From the NCBI GenBank assembly GCA_010909165.1, contig MU008163.1, positions 1,488,001 through 1,552,000 of the forward strand: 64,000 bases of DNA, written 5' to 3'. The translations under genes were made by a program, and so were the position numbers. The notes beneath the pieces are model-generated. The model had not been told where the DNA came from. It ran no database searches and saw nothing but the letters and a program-made list of their open reading frames with translations. The number at the start of each line of letters is the position of its first letter. Position 1 is the stretch's first letter. This document shows positions 37,322 through 49,650 of this stretch, piece after piece. Origin of the DNA: Anthoceros angustus. Its lineage: Eukaryota; Plantae; Anthocerotophyta.

Positions 37322-40300
37322 TGTGGCGGGACTTTTTGATGGCACCGCGCACAATCCGTGTCGTTGTAGGAAGAAGTCCGTTCCCAAGGGAATGATAGGC
37401 CCGTCGCGTTGTGATTCACTGCCCCTTAGCGCTCGCCTCACACACACACTCCTAACTACTCACAACGTCACTGCAGGCCCGGTATGGCCAAACGCTTTAG
37501 GGACCCGTTCGCGTCGTTCACATACATCCCTCACATCCGTCCTTTCCTCTCTCTCACGCTACACTTCGCCTTAGAAAAGACGCGGTTACGCATCCGACCT
37601 CCTCCGCTGCCCGCCTCCGTCCGGCTCTACACACCTCGTTCCTCCCACATTCCCGTCGGACCCGGCTCCGACGAGCACGTCACCCCTTCCCCGCACACAC
37701 CACAACGCTAAGTCCGCCGACCTTGATCAATCTCCCGAGTCGCCGTGCTCGCTGACTCAGACTCACAAGAAGACTCAAAGGTCCGCAAGAACGCGCATCA
37801 ACACCAAGAGAAAGATGCTTTACTAGAGCCCTCTATCGCGCCCAAGGCCTTTATTACACCCCTATTCGAGCATAGCGGTATACCCTAATCGGCCGCCTAC
37901 ACCTATCCCTATCTCCTTCGCCGACTGTGGAAGGTCCTGGCCCGCCGAATGGGTGGTCCAATCCCCCGACTTGTGGGTGCACCCAATCGGATGATCCGTG
38001 AGGCGGGCCTCCTCTCCTCTCCGTCGCGACAACCGCTGCACACGACGCCATCCTCCCCGCCTCCTCGGGTCCTTCGCCGGTGGGGCCACCACATCGGCTC
38101 CCTAGCGTAAGTCGGCGGGGCTCCTCATCGCTGCAGGCCCTCGACCCTGCCTCGACTCCCTCGAACTCGACTTCGGGTCCGGCTAGGTCCGACTTGGTCC
38201 GACTCGGTCCGACGCGGGGTCCGGACTCGGTCCACTTATGGGACCGGGGTCCGGACTTGGTCCGGACTTACCGGGTCCGGACTTGTGGTCCGCCTCCCTC
38301 CGGGTCCGGACAAAGTCCGGACTCACGCCCACCCGGTTTCCTCCCTCACGGACCTCCGTGGCTCTCCTCAAGTCCTCCCTGCTCCCGATCGCTGGGTGAC
38401 TCCTTCTGGCCCCTCCTTCCATGGTGAGGTGCGGGTGCTTACCTCGCCCGCATCCGCCTCCTCTCGCCTCCTCGGTTGCTCCTCTCCGCCGCTCCCGTCA
38501 TCTCTCAAACAGGCCACTAGGGTCCTGTCTGTCCCTGGCCTTCATCTCCTTGAGCCTTCAGGGTCCGTCTGCGGCCCGAGAGGCTTCTCAGGAGCTCGCG
38601 TGGTAATAGGCAAAGTCCGAATCGACTTGTTGAATTGCCTCTTCCACGTGCCCGAGCACCCGATCTCCCTCCGCCATAAGTGTTCCGGCGCGGCTTGTTG
38701 GGCCACCTCTCCGCCAGATTTGATGAGCCGGCCGTATCACGCGAGGCTACAAGGGCGGCCTCGGTCACCTCCTGCACTGCTGTTGCCCCCGCTCCCTCCC
38801 GCTGCTTCCTTTCCATCTCCCATAGCGCAGCGCTCCTTCCGCCTTTCTCATGGACCAGCTTTTCGCCTTCCGGCTCGCGCTCCTCCGCTCACGCCTTTAG
38901 CTCCGCTCTCCAGGCCGATACCTCCGTCCGACTCGGACTTCCTCCACCTCCTTCAGCCCGCAACGTCCCAACTCCTTGGATAGTCGCCGATTTTCCTCCG
39001 TCTTGACGGAGCCGAGGCACTCTGCTTTCGGTCGTGGATTCTCTCGAGAATCACCGCCGCCCGACGCATCTTGGAGTTGTAGCTCCAGTGTCCTTGCTCC
39101 TCCATCTGCTGCCGCCTTTCTACCTGCTCGGAGATCCCCTATCTCCCGAGGCCGCCCTTGCTCGCTCCATAGCCTGCGGGCCTTCGAGTTAGCCTCGTCA
39201 CGACTCTTTCCACCGGCCCGATCACGCCCGTAGTGATCCTGCCGCTCTTGCGCCCGACCTTCGCCGCCTTTACTGGCCTCGCCCACTTGGCGCCGCTCTA
39301 GCTGGCCGCCCGCCAGTCCCGAGCTCTCTCGCTTGTGCCCGCCTTCCGCCTCTTCGCCCGCAAAGGTCCTCCGCCCGCTTGGGCCTCGAGCTTGTTTCAC
39401 TGTCGCATGAAGAACCTTGGCCCGGAACAACCGCCGGCCTCGCCCGCCACCCTTCCTTCCTCGATCCGGCGAGGGACTCCGCCTTTTCCTTTGCCCCTGG
39501 CCGCCTTCACTTGCTCTTGGAGTTCCACCATCCTCCTCGGGTGGCCTCCACTTCGGGTCTTCTCCACTGCACTACGAGACCCCAAAGCATTCCGTCCATG
39601 ACGGTAGCAGACTCGCCGTGTTCTTCCACGGCCAGGTGAGGCCCCCACAAAGTCCGTAGTGGGAGCCGGCATTTCTCCGCCAAGGACCTCCATACCAGCC
39701 CCGAGTAAGTTGATCGGGTTCTCGGACCTAATCAGACCCTCGGGTCCCGAGTGGTGAGGTCCGAGTCTCACCCTCTTGGCCCTCTTGGCCTCTAACTCCT
39801 TTGTGCCCTCTTTCCGGGCTCGGAGGAGGTGAGGGGTCCGGAGCAAGCTCTTTTGCCCCGCCGGGACAGACTGGCTCGGTGGCCGTGCTGACCTCCGCCC
39901 TTGGGCCACGTCCCTTCTCGCCTCCTTACCGCCCCTCTTGCACCCGCAAGGGGTAAGGCGGCACCTTCCGAGGTGCTGCGGGGCACCGCCTCGGCTCCCG
40001 TGAGTTCGTCGGGCTCAGCCGCCGTGGTTGTTGGTCACTTGCCGGTGCCGAGCCGCCAACGCCTCGATCGCCTCCTCTGCCTACCGCCTCCCGGAGGGGC
40101 ACCAAAAGGAGGGAAGGGGAATCGCCTCCCAAACTTCCCCAGGTGGTGAGGGGTTCGCTCACGTATGGAGTCCGAATCCTCCCGCCGTCCTCCTCCCGAG
40201 TCCGCTTGGTCTTCAAGGACGACCCCCACCCGCGCCACGCCTACTGTGGCCTCCTCCCGAGCGCCTCAAGCTCTCCCTCCTTCAGAGCTCGAAATGTCCC

Positions 40301-41458
40301 CATACATGAATCGTATGGGGTCACCGATGGCGAGGGCTTCGCTCCTTAGCTTGCGTGCTCCCGATCAACCGGCGAAGATAATCCTTCCCACCGCTCTCAC
40401 CGAGCGCATGAATACCAAGTTATCACCAAGGTGATCCACCTTGGTGAGCGGTGTTCCAATGGACAATGATCCGGCTACCGCCTTACTCGACCGCCCAGCA
40501 GATCGGATATCAACCATCCGTTGGTTGTCCGCTGCCTGTGCCTCGATCGCCACTGGTGGCCCTATCTTCCCTTCGCCTTAAGGGGCCTGCACCACGCCCC
40601 TTCTTCCTCCTTGGCGGTTGTAGGCCATCCTCGGGACCTCCAAGGTCCATCGCCTCGGGTCCTCCCGGAGGTTCTTGGATCGGACCTCCTTGTTGATCGC
40701 CAAGATCTTCCGCAAACTCCCGACTACGTTGTCAAAGGTCCGCACCATTTGGAACACGCCGATGCCACTCCCGCACCAATTCCTCGCTTCCTCCACCGGG
40801 CCAAGTCCGGATAGCGGGTCACAATGTTGCGCCCACGAGGGTCCATGGCTGACTCACCGCTTTTTGGGTGCCATTGCTTCTCCTCTTCTGTAGGCCGGCC
40901 GAGTCCGGCACGATGTTCCTCCTTCGCTGCCGCTCCAACCTTGACGGCGCCACTTGTCGACGCCCAAAAGATAGCGCAGAGAGCCGGATTATGAGCGCAA
41001 GGGACCGTGAGGATTGTCCGAGGTCAAATAAATGACCTCCTCCTTGGCCAGGAAGTAACCGGGCGGAAGGCGTTGTCCGTGAATCGCTGTGGTCGCATGG
41101 CTTACTCGACCCACGCCTGCTTACGCCTTACCGCGGGCGTGAATACCGCTATAACGGCCGCAAGGTCTGCCTACCGCATGCCCGACCTCCACTGTGGCCG
41201 CCCACGTGGCGCCGCCTGCTGCCTCACGCCTCCCTCCTAGGTTACTTTCGGCGCATTTATCCTATTTTGACTGGGTTCCGACTTATCCTTACTCGGCGTA
41301 GTCCGAGCTTGCCATAGTGGTGGGGTCCGTTGTTCACTCAGTCCGAGTATACTCCCGAGCCTCGTCCAAGCGCCACCCCAATTTATTCCTCCTTTATTTA
41401 TCTTCAATCCTAAAAAGAATCCCCACTTATTTCCTAACCCCCGAGTGCATAGCCCACA
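37322..41458 (-). repeat. 5' LTR (~4.1 kb)
   Basis: Second copy of 27665-31865. Confidence 0.88.
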
Positions 41459-43320
41459 CCTAGCAAAAAATGTAAGGAAAGGATCCCAAAGGCCACCCGA
41501 GCATCCTCCAAAGGGAGGTCTTCAATATGGGAGAGGTCCTCCAAGGGCCTTGTTCCAGAAGCTCCCAATGAAGTCGGGAACCAAAGGGGACCCCAAGAAC
41601 TGCATCAAGAGCCGAGCAATCTCCCAAAGCAGAACCGCAGAGTAGGCGATCCCGAGAGACCACGCGCACTTGGACATCTTGACCTTCAAGCCCACCAACG
41701 AAAGCTCGAAGAGAATATCTCAAAGGCCTCCTGACTTTGTCCCTGTGCCCGAGGATGTGAGAATCGCCAACAAGGGAAGACATGGGGCTGGAGAGGGCGG
41801 CCCCAGACAGGCCCTATAGTGAGCAATAGCGAAGAGAGCACCGCCAGCGGTCGCCTTGCTCGGTACCGTGGGCCGATTCCAAGACGAGACGGCGAAACCT
41901 CAAGAGACGTTCAGGCCGGGTAGTAGAGGTTGGAGGACCTCCAGAAGCACCGGACAAAGGGTATAAGACTCTAGACGCCAAGATCCCTAAGCTCCTCAAA
42001 GATGACGCCCGGAAATGGTATTGAAGGCGTTCTCGACATCCACCGTAAGACTACCCAATCCGGGTGGGTATCAAGGCAAGCCACCCCTAGCACCACTGCA
42101 CTGCAGCCCTGAGTGGCAATGCCAAATTGAAGGGGTTGAAGTGTCTGGAGAAGGGAGCGCATCGCAGATAGTGCGGCCGAGTAGCCGCATGAAGGCCTCC
42201 CCAACCGCGAGTGGGCGACGCCGAGTTGTGTGCTTGTCCATAGCGAAGCCTACTAGTGCAAGAACAAAGAAATCCGGTGAGGCATCTCTCCACGAGCAGC
42301 AGAGAAAAGAGCTCTGGAAAGCCGCTAGATGGATCTTCGGGGAGAAAGAGGTCCCTAAGGTGTTCGAACACCATTCCCGACAAACCGGCAGATGAAAGAC
42401 GAGGGGTTGTGGAGAGAGCCAGAGCAAAAGCCGCCCGGTCCAGGGAGAAGGGATCCTCTGGGACATAGTCGGATATGTCCGGGGGAATGGCATCCTTAGG
42501 TGGCGGATGGAGGGCACGGAGGGCAGCAATTGTCTCTTCTGAAGCGGAGGCCAGAGGGACGGGTCGAAGAGCCCTAGCAGCGCGGGCATATTCACCACCG
42601 CCAAGCAACTTGGCGAGGTTTGTTGCATTACCCGCACTGCTCCAATCCGAGATTCCGCCGGACTTGGCAAAGACGACGCCTCCTCCTCAAGAGCCGCCAC
42701 AAATAAAACGCCAAGACGGCTAGCAACTTCACTTGCCTGAAGCTCTAGTGCAATCAAGACACCATCGGGAGAAGAAGGAGGAGACACCAAGCTAACTCAT
42801 CCCGGATCGAGTGCAAGGCGATCTAGGGAAGACGAAATGCCGACGGCATCATCGTGAAGGTGCCGAGGAAGCTCGCTGAAGATACGCGGACATGGAAAGC
42901 GGGTTTCAACATCCCAAGGATGTGATCCACCGACCGCAACCATTCCTGTGAAGAAAGAGGCACCACAAGGAGAAAGCTACCGGCGCCAAAGCCGGGCAAT
43001 GGACGTGGAGGAGGTCGCACAGGCACTTGGGCAGCCTGTAGTCCGGGTCGAAATCTTTATGCATGTGCCCGAGGTGAGTTTTCACCCCTTGACGCCGCAG
43101 AGTTGAGCACATCGACAAGGAGTGTCCTCGACAACACGAGGGTGTGTGGATCGCCCCATTGGATGGGGACGAAAAGGGCCCAAGCGCCATTGAAGGGTCA
43201 GGTCAAGAGGTAGACCGAGGGCAAATGACCTCACTGACCGGACATACAGAGTTTGAGTCTATGGCGAACCCCAAAAGGCCGCCAAAGGGCCCCACCAAGA
43301 GGGGTGCAACCCATGTGACC
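41459..43320 (-). mobile_element. 5' part of CRE-like non-LTR retrotransposon (zinc-finger region and reverse transcriptase)
   Basis: TLRRQGVKTHLGHMH (C2H2-like); YARAARAL; TIAALRALHPPP; SAGLSGMVFEHL; RPLAVGEAFMRLLGRTIC; QFGIATQG; HPDWVVL; RMLGWPLGS. Confidence 0.75.
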
Positions 43321-43489
43321 ACCCAACCACCAAACTAACGCCACACTAACTCAAGACTAAAAGCCGGGCAGAGATCCTCAGAGAAAGAAGCCCAACCAAA
43401 AGCGATAAGCAAGAATCAGATGAAAATGGACTCACGAACATGTAATAGAGCTCACAACAATCACATCAATCAACCATCAATCAATCGCA

Positions 43490-43715
43490 AACATCTAGGG
43501 CCTAGCAACGCAAACACCTAGGGCATAGACGGCCGCAACATCTAGGGCCTATTCACGCAACCTAGGGCATAACACTCAACAAAATATCTAGGGCATAACA
43601 TCAACGCAACATCTAGGGCCCGATCACCGCAACACCTAGGGCATAACACTCACCGCAACATCTAGGGCCTAGCATTCAAACGCAACACCTGGCATAACAC
43701 TCACAGAACATCTAG
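43490..43715. repeat. ~25 bp minisatellite with core ac(a/-)(t/c)ctagggc, ~9-10 units
   Basis: Alternating acatctagggcc and acacctagggcataacac units. Confidence 0.9.
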
Positions 43716-44269
43716 GGCCTAGCCTCCAAGTAGCCAATATATATAAGATTAACTCCTGACATGTAATCACAGTAGCACTGCACTCAAAGCGCCAATATAA
43801 TGAGCTTGTAATTGATAACATCCTTATCTTCACCTCGATTCGAATGTGAAAATATCTTCCCAACCATTGGCTCATTCCATATAGCTTAAGAACTTCATGT
43901 CACCCAAGATGTACCATGCCTTGTCAATCTTCACTTTATCCTCAAAAGGTTCTATGCCTTCGGATCTTCAATTTATATCGCCAACGACGCACATATTCCA
44001 CCGAGGGTTTCAACCCCTAGTTCTCGCCAACACAAAGATCCTGGCTCCGCCTTTTAAATAATAAGTTCATATGCTCCTTGATATATAAGGCTTAACATCT
44101 TGAGGATAGGAGCCCTAGCCAAGATCATTGCCTCGATGACATAGCATAGAAGCTTTGTGATGGATATATGATATTTGAATATAGTGGAGCTCACATACAT
44201 CAAGATTGAATATATAGATACGCGAGCGAAGAGAGCACCAAAGAAACCACTCCCAAGATAGGTACTTGA

Positions 44270-44470
44270 GAAGGAACACAACTCTCTGTGAAGGAGCACC
44301 ACCACTTCCACAGTGAAGGAACACCACCACTCTCCGTGAAGGAACATCTATCTCCGCTGTGAAGGAGCACCACCACTCTCCACAGGAAGGAGCACCACCA
44401 CTCTCCACAGGAAGGAGCACCACCACTCTCCACAGAAAGGAGCACCACCACTCTCCACAGGAAGGAGCAC
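44270..44470. repeat. 25 bp tandem repeat (aaggagcaccaccactctccacagg) x~7-8
   Basis: Directly visible; units become more homogeneous toward the right. Confidence 0.92.
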
Positions 44471-44979
44471 CAAAAAGATCCTATATGGGTGAAGATATGT
44501 GCCATTCAAAAAAGAAAACTATTATGTATATTACCACCCCAATTGAAGCTATTAGGTACAAATAAATTCGTTGAAATCTCCCTTTCTAAATATGCGTTTG
44601 ACATGGTGGGCATGTAAGCTGAGCTGAATAGATATGAGCCCAACAACATATTGAAACCTCTTATTTCATAATATCTTGTCACCTAGAGCTGCCAAAGCCG
44701 GAATCCCCGTAATTGCCTGGTTTTCAAACTTGCACCTTGGACAGTCGCACTCCTGGCCGAGGCGTTCAAACTTACTTCCTTGCCTTAGAAAGCGTCTCTC
44801 CAGCTGGTACTGAATGGGGACGAGCTCTTGAACTGAGTATTGGGAGCAGTTTGGAGCACATGAACTGGGAGCAGTTCGGAGCATAAACGGTTGGAGAAAG
44901 AATGACAATCCGGATTGCCTTCTTTCATCAACCATTCATGTACGCCTAACTGGCATTCAAGTGCGAAGTGTGGCACAGA

Positions 44980-45281
44980 ATGGGGTAAAGCAATGCCACA
45001 GAATGGGGTAAAGCAATGCCTTCTTCTCGCATAACCCTATCTCTGAAGGGCTTGCTGGCACATGCCCAGATCGGGATACCCTGCAGTTACAGCTGTCCAA
45101 GTCGCCACATCTTTTTCAAGTCCTTTAAATAATCCTGTACGCTCCCACACTGTGCATACATGTTTACCAAACTGCTGGCTACAGACACACCACCTTCTTG
45201 TCCTTGTTCTCTAATTTGCACGTGCATCTGCTTCCCCTTCTCCAAGGATCCGGTGCCCAAACCAGCATCAACATCCACCAC
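44980..45281 (-). pseudogene. PLS-PPR gene fragment
   Basis: SLEKGKQMHVQIREQGQEGGVSVASSLVNMYAQCGSVQD and MREEGIALPHSV resemble motifs of the PPR gene at 59633-62695. Confidence 0.75.
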
Positions 45282-45417
45282 CTAACATATAAAGTCCCCA
45301 AGTAGCCTTACCAGAAGTGTGCCTACCAGAGCATTGGGAAATCAGTTCTTGAAGCTGGTTAACGTATCCGGCTCGCACCCCTTACTCACCATCAAAGCAT
45401 AGACTGAGGGATCAGAC

Positions 45418-45966
45418 CTAAAACAACATGTTGAGTATCTCCCGGGTCAAGGGGGCAGGATTCATGATCAACATGCCAGAATGGATCTCAGGACGAATGG
45501 CCTCAAGCTGGGCTACTGTCTCGCTCAGTTCATTGTGCACCTGTAACCGAGCGGATCAAACCCAATATCACTTCAGCATCACAAAAACCGCAGAATGATC
45601 ATACAATGCTGCACAGTGCCCACCTGATTCGATTGCTGGCGCTGTAGAATACTCACAAACTTGGTACGCCACTTCTGTATGTAAGCCACCGCTTTCCCAG
45701 TTAGCCTCCCTGCTGCCCTTGCGATATCCTTCGGACCTGGACGGGTTTCGGGGACCCGGCAGCATATCGCCAACACGAGACGCGATGAAAGCCTAATACC
45801 CCCAGTTTCCGCATGATCTGCAACTGCATCACGAGAAAGAAAAGAGACCAGGCTTACCGAGATTGCCAATTGCTACTCCGACCAGGAAAAAGTCACTGAA
45901 GGAGAGACCCAACGCCGTTGCTCTGGCCTCAGGAGGAAGGTTCTGTCGGGACCCATCCTGACACAT
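45418..45966 (-). pseudogene. TatB: Mitochondrial TatB-like (MttA/Hcf106-type) gene, truncated; exons 45858-45966, 45624-45736, 45418-45540
   Basis: In-phase GT-AG splicing gives LGLSFSDFFLVGVAIGNLG-PKDIARAAGRLTGKAVAYIQ..Q-VHNELSETVAQLEAIRPEIHSG..NPAPLTR, like plant mtTatB N-termini (LGLSYGE..GPKDLP.IAR..GR..G.AIGYIQ). Confidence 0.7.
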
Positions 45967-46204
45967 GTTCCCAGCTCATTGTATGGGTGTACATACTCTG
46001 CATGTCGTGTTTCATATGCAGATTGCCGTCGTGTTTCATGCGCTTGCATGTCGTGTTTCATATGCAGATTGCCGTTGGTTCCATGGTCGATCTGCCTTCT
46101 GGCTAGCTCAAGTTCTCAGGGGTGCAGTCAGCATCAAGTTGCCGAGTTGTTTCAACCAAAGGTAAGGCGCCTTTTCAACCTTCCTTTTGTGTCAGCCATT
46201 GTAA

Positions 46205-49200
46205 TGTGCATGGTATCGCAAAGACTGACACGTCTGTCTCAGGGTGCGGAGGGAAGTGCAAGCCGATCCCGGTTGTGTCAATCCCAGACGCCGCTGCCAC
46301 TACTTCTACGAGCTGGGGTCAAGTTGATCCCGCTGTAAGTCTGGTAGCATCTGCCTACTCTGGTTTTGACTCAAGTATTCATTTCTCATTGCTCCTTCTC
46401 CTATGGAGGTCATGGTATTCGTGCAGCATTTCGGATCCGGCATGGGGGCCATTCTTGTTCTACACGTTTCGGGGTCGCTACAAGGACATTCTCTGCGAAG
46501 CACACAGGACAAACATTTCGAGGAACACTTCCCAGCTATTGACAAATTTGGAAGATCAAAGTGCGTACTACGGTGTGAAGGATTTATCTGCCAAACTAAT
46601 AATACCCCGTTTTCTTGCCTCCTGGTCTTCCAATACCCTAGCCCTTTTGCAGTGGTTCAGGTGGCACGAAAATCGATTTCATCTTTCAAGCATTGGCACA
46701 AGCATGGCACGAGATTACAAGCAGCCCCTGTGTTGGGTGGAGGACGCAGATACAACATCCACTCGTGGTAGACTAGCACGATATGGCACAGTCGGAGGCA
46801 ATCGCTAGGGGTGTGCAGTTGTGCACATACGGTCACCATTTTTACAGGCTGAAATTGGTTTCCGGGTTGTGATCAAAGCTGACTCTTCCAATAAAACTTA
46901 GTTTGAAGGTCTGGCTTCTTGGGAAAATGCTCAACTATGCAGCGGCCAGTATGCTTGGAGTCTGCCACTGCACCTGGGACTGCAATGTGGATGCTCAACA
47001 GGGAGAACAGGGGCTACAGCAGTTTGAGAAATCCAACTCACAGTGGCAATGACTCGTCTTCAGGGCTGTGCTTTGAGTGGAGTTGGGAGGTCGTTTGCAC
47101 CAGAACCCTTTTGCTGTCGTATTGATTAATCAAGACTGTAGTGGGAGCAAGAGGCTCAACATTCTACTCTTCTTGCAGGTGAGGATTGTAGCTGCCCAAG
47201 CTCTGATGACAGTAGCCATAAGATCGGAGAGCCATGCCGATTCAGATATTTGAGTTTTGCATGGACTAGTACAGGAGGTGGTCAAACAAGATTCAGAGAT
47301 GAGGATTCAGCTATGGGCAGGATCAGGGCAAGTGGAACTGGGCTTGGGACTATCAGTAACCAATGCTTAGAGTGCTAAATGAAATGTACCGAGCACAGGG
47401 TCAGAGTCCAACTTACTCAAGTAACTTGGACGATGTCTACTCATGAGGGAGGAAGTGGATCTATGCAGCTGAAATAGGAATTTTATCTGTTTTCTGTGTG
47501 ATCCTCTTGTTGACAAGGTCTAGATTTGGGATTTTCTGCTGTCTCCAATTGAAGAGGTGGTAGATGGTCTGACCTCCCGTAAATTGCAGAAGGTCAGATA
47601 TTCCCATGGTAATTGCCAGCACACATCAAACAAAGTTGCCCTGAGTGTAGCTATACCCTTATCACATGTGCATAACTTATCAATATGAAAATCAACCACA
47701 TGATAAGCACCGTATTGGTCCAAGCGACAGGTACTGTGCCGAGGAACATAGCGAAAACAAGGCACAATCTAGAAGACGTTCATGTTTCTCACAGAGTGAC
47801 TTCAGCTTCTCATCAGTCCATTCCTCTGTTAACATCAGGCCTCATATTTGTCAATAAGAGATCAAACAGGAATGTGGTCCATGTCATGACAAGGAATTGA
47901 CCGAGCAAGAATATTGTGCATGGTATCGCAAAGACTGACACGTCTGTCTCAGGGTGCGGAGGGAAGTGCAAGCCGATCCCGGTTGTGTCAATCCCAGACG
48001 CCGCTGCCACTACTTCTACGAGCTGGGAGTCAAGTTGATCCCGCTGTAAGTCTGGTAGCATCTGCCCCTACTCTGGTTTTGACTCAAGTATTCATTTCTC
48101 ATTGCTCCTTCTCCTATGGAGGTCATGGTATTCGTGCAGCATTTCGGATCCGGCATGGGGGCCATTCTTGTTCTACACGTTTCGGGGTCGCTACAAGGAC
48201 ATTCTCTGCGAAGCACACAGGACAAACATTTCGAGGAACACTTCCCAGCTATTGACAAATTTGGAAGATCAAAGTGCGTACTACGGTGTGAAGGATTTAT
48301 CTGCCAAACTAATAATACCCCGTTTTCTTGCCTCCTGGTCTTCCAATACCCTAGCCCTTTTGCAGTGGTTCAGGTGGCACGAAAATCGATTTCATCTTTC
48401 AAGCATTGGCACAAGCATGGCACGAGATTACAAGCAGCCCCTGTGTTGGGTGGAGGACGCAGATACAACATCCACTCGTGGTAGACTAGCACGATATGGC
48501 ACAGTCGGAGGCAATCGCTAGGGGTGTGCAGTTGTGCACATACGGTCACCATTTTTACAGGCTGAAATTGGTTTCCGGGTTGTGATCAAAGGCTGACTCT
48601 TCCAATAAAACTTAGTTTGAAGGTCTGGCTTCTTGGGGAAAATGCTCAACTATGCAGCGGCCGAGTATGCTTGGGAGTCTGCCACTGCACCTGGGACTGC
48701 AATGTGGATGCTCAACAGGGAGAACAGGGGGGCTACAGCAAGTTTGAGAAATCCAACTCTGACAGTGGCAATGACTCGTCTTCAGGGCTGTGCTTTGAGT
48801 GGGAGTTGGGAGGTCGTTTGCACCGAACCCTTTTGCTGTCGTATTGATTAATCAAGACTGTAGTGGGGAGCAAGAGGCTCAACATTCTACTCTTCTTGCA
48901 GGTGAGGATTGTAGCTGCCCAAGCTCTGATGACAGTAGCCATAAGATCGGAGAGCCATGCCGGATTCAGATATTTGAGTTTTTGCATGGACTAGTACAGG
49001 GAGGTGGTCAAACAAGATTCAGAGATGAGGATTCCAGCTATGGGCAGGATCAGGGGGCAAGTGGAACTGGGCTTGGGACTATCCAGTAACCAATGCTTAG
49101 AGTGCTAAATGAAATGTACCGAGCACAGGGTCAGAGTCCAACTTACTCAAGTAACTTGGACGATGTCTACTCTCATGAGGGGAGGAAGTGGATCTATGCA

Positions 49201-49650
49201 GCTGAAATAGGGAATTTTATCTGTTTTCTGTGTGATCCTCTTGTTGACAAGGTCTAGATTTGGGATTTTCTGCTGTCTCCAATTGAAGAGGTGGGTAGAT
49301 GGTCTGACCTCCCGTAAATTGCAGAAGGTCAGATATTCCCATGGTAATTGCCAGCACACATCAAACAAAGTTGCCCCGAGTGTAGCTATACCCTTATCAC
49401 ATGTGCATAACTTATCAATATGAAAATCCAACCGCATGATAAGCACCGTATTGGTCCAAGCGACAGGTACTGTGCCCGAGGAACATAGCGAAAACAAGGC
49501 ACAATCTAGAAGACGTTCATGTTTCTCACAGAGTGACTTCAGCTTCTCATCAGTCCATTCCTCCTTGTTAACATCAGGCCTCATATTTGTCAATAAGAGA
49601 TCAAACAGGAATGTGGTCCATGTCATGACAAGGAATTGACCGAGCAAGAA
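46205..49650. repeat. ~1.7 kb tandem duplication (46205-47912 / 47913-49650)
   Basis: Identical ORFs in both units. The junction is at a shared tgtgca. The first unit has systematically shorter homopolymers. Confidence 0.92.

Larger units (their letters stand above)
27665..41458 (-). mobile_element. Ty3/gypsy LTR retrotransposon (non-chromovirus, Athila/Tat/Phygy-like), ~13.8 kb
   Basis: Direct ~4.2 kb LTRs with TG...CA ends on the minus strand, a PBS-like site and a PPT. Internal order is gag(CCHC)-PR-RT-RH-INT. No TSD (flanks cagtg versus cctag). Confidence 0.9.

Noticed and set aside
27665-41458. Dating the insertion from LTR-LTR divergence
   Set aside because: Differences are dominated by indels in CpG-rich sequence and probably reflect sequencing error.
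43490-43715. CRISPR-like repeat/spacer appearance (also arrays at 19820, 44270, 51409 and 53850)
   Set aside because: The 'spacers' are short and related to each other, there are no cas genes, and the context is eukaryotic. These are minisatellites.
44666-44935. ALAALGDKIL resembles the RNase III signature
   Set aside because: The catalytic Glu is absent and a stop follows immediately; there is no other support.
46122-46808. 228 aa plus-strand ORF as a gene
   Set aside because: No recognisable motifs; the opposite strand better fits a Roc-COR relic.
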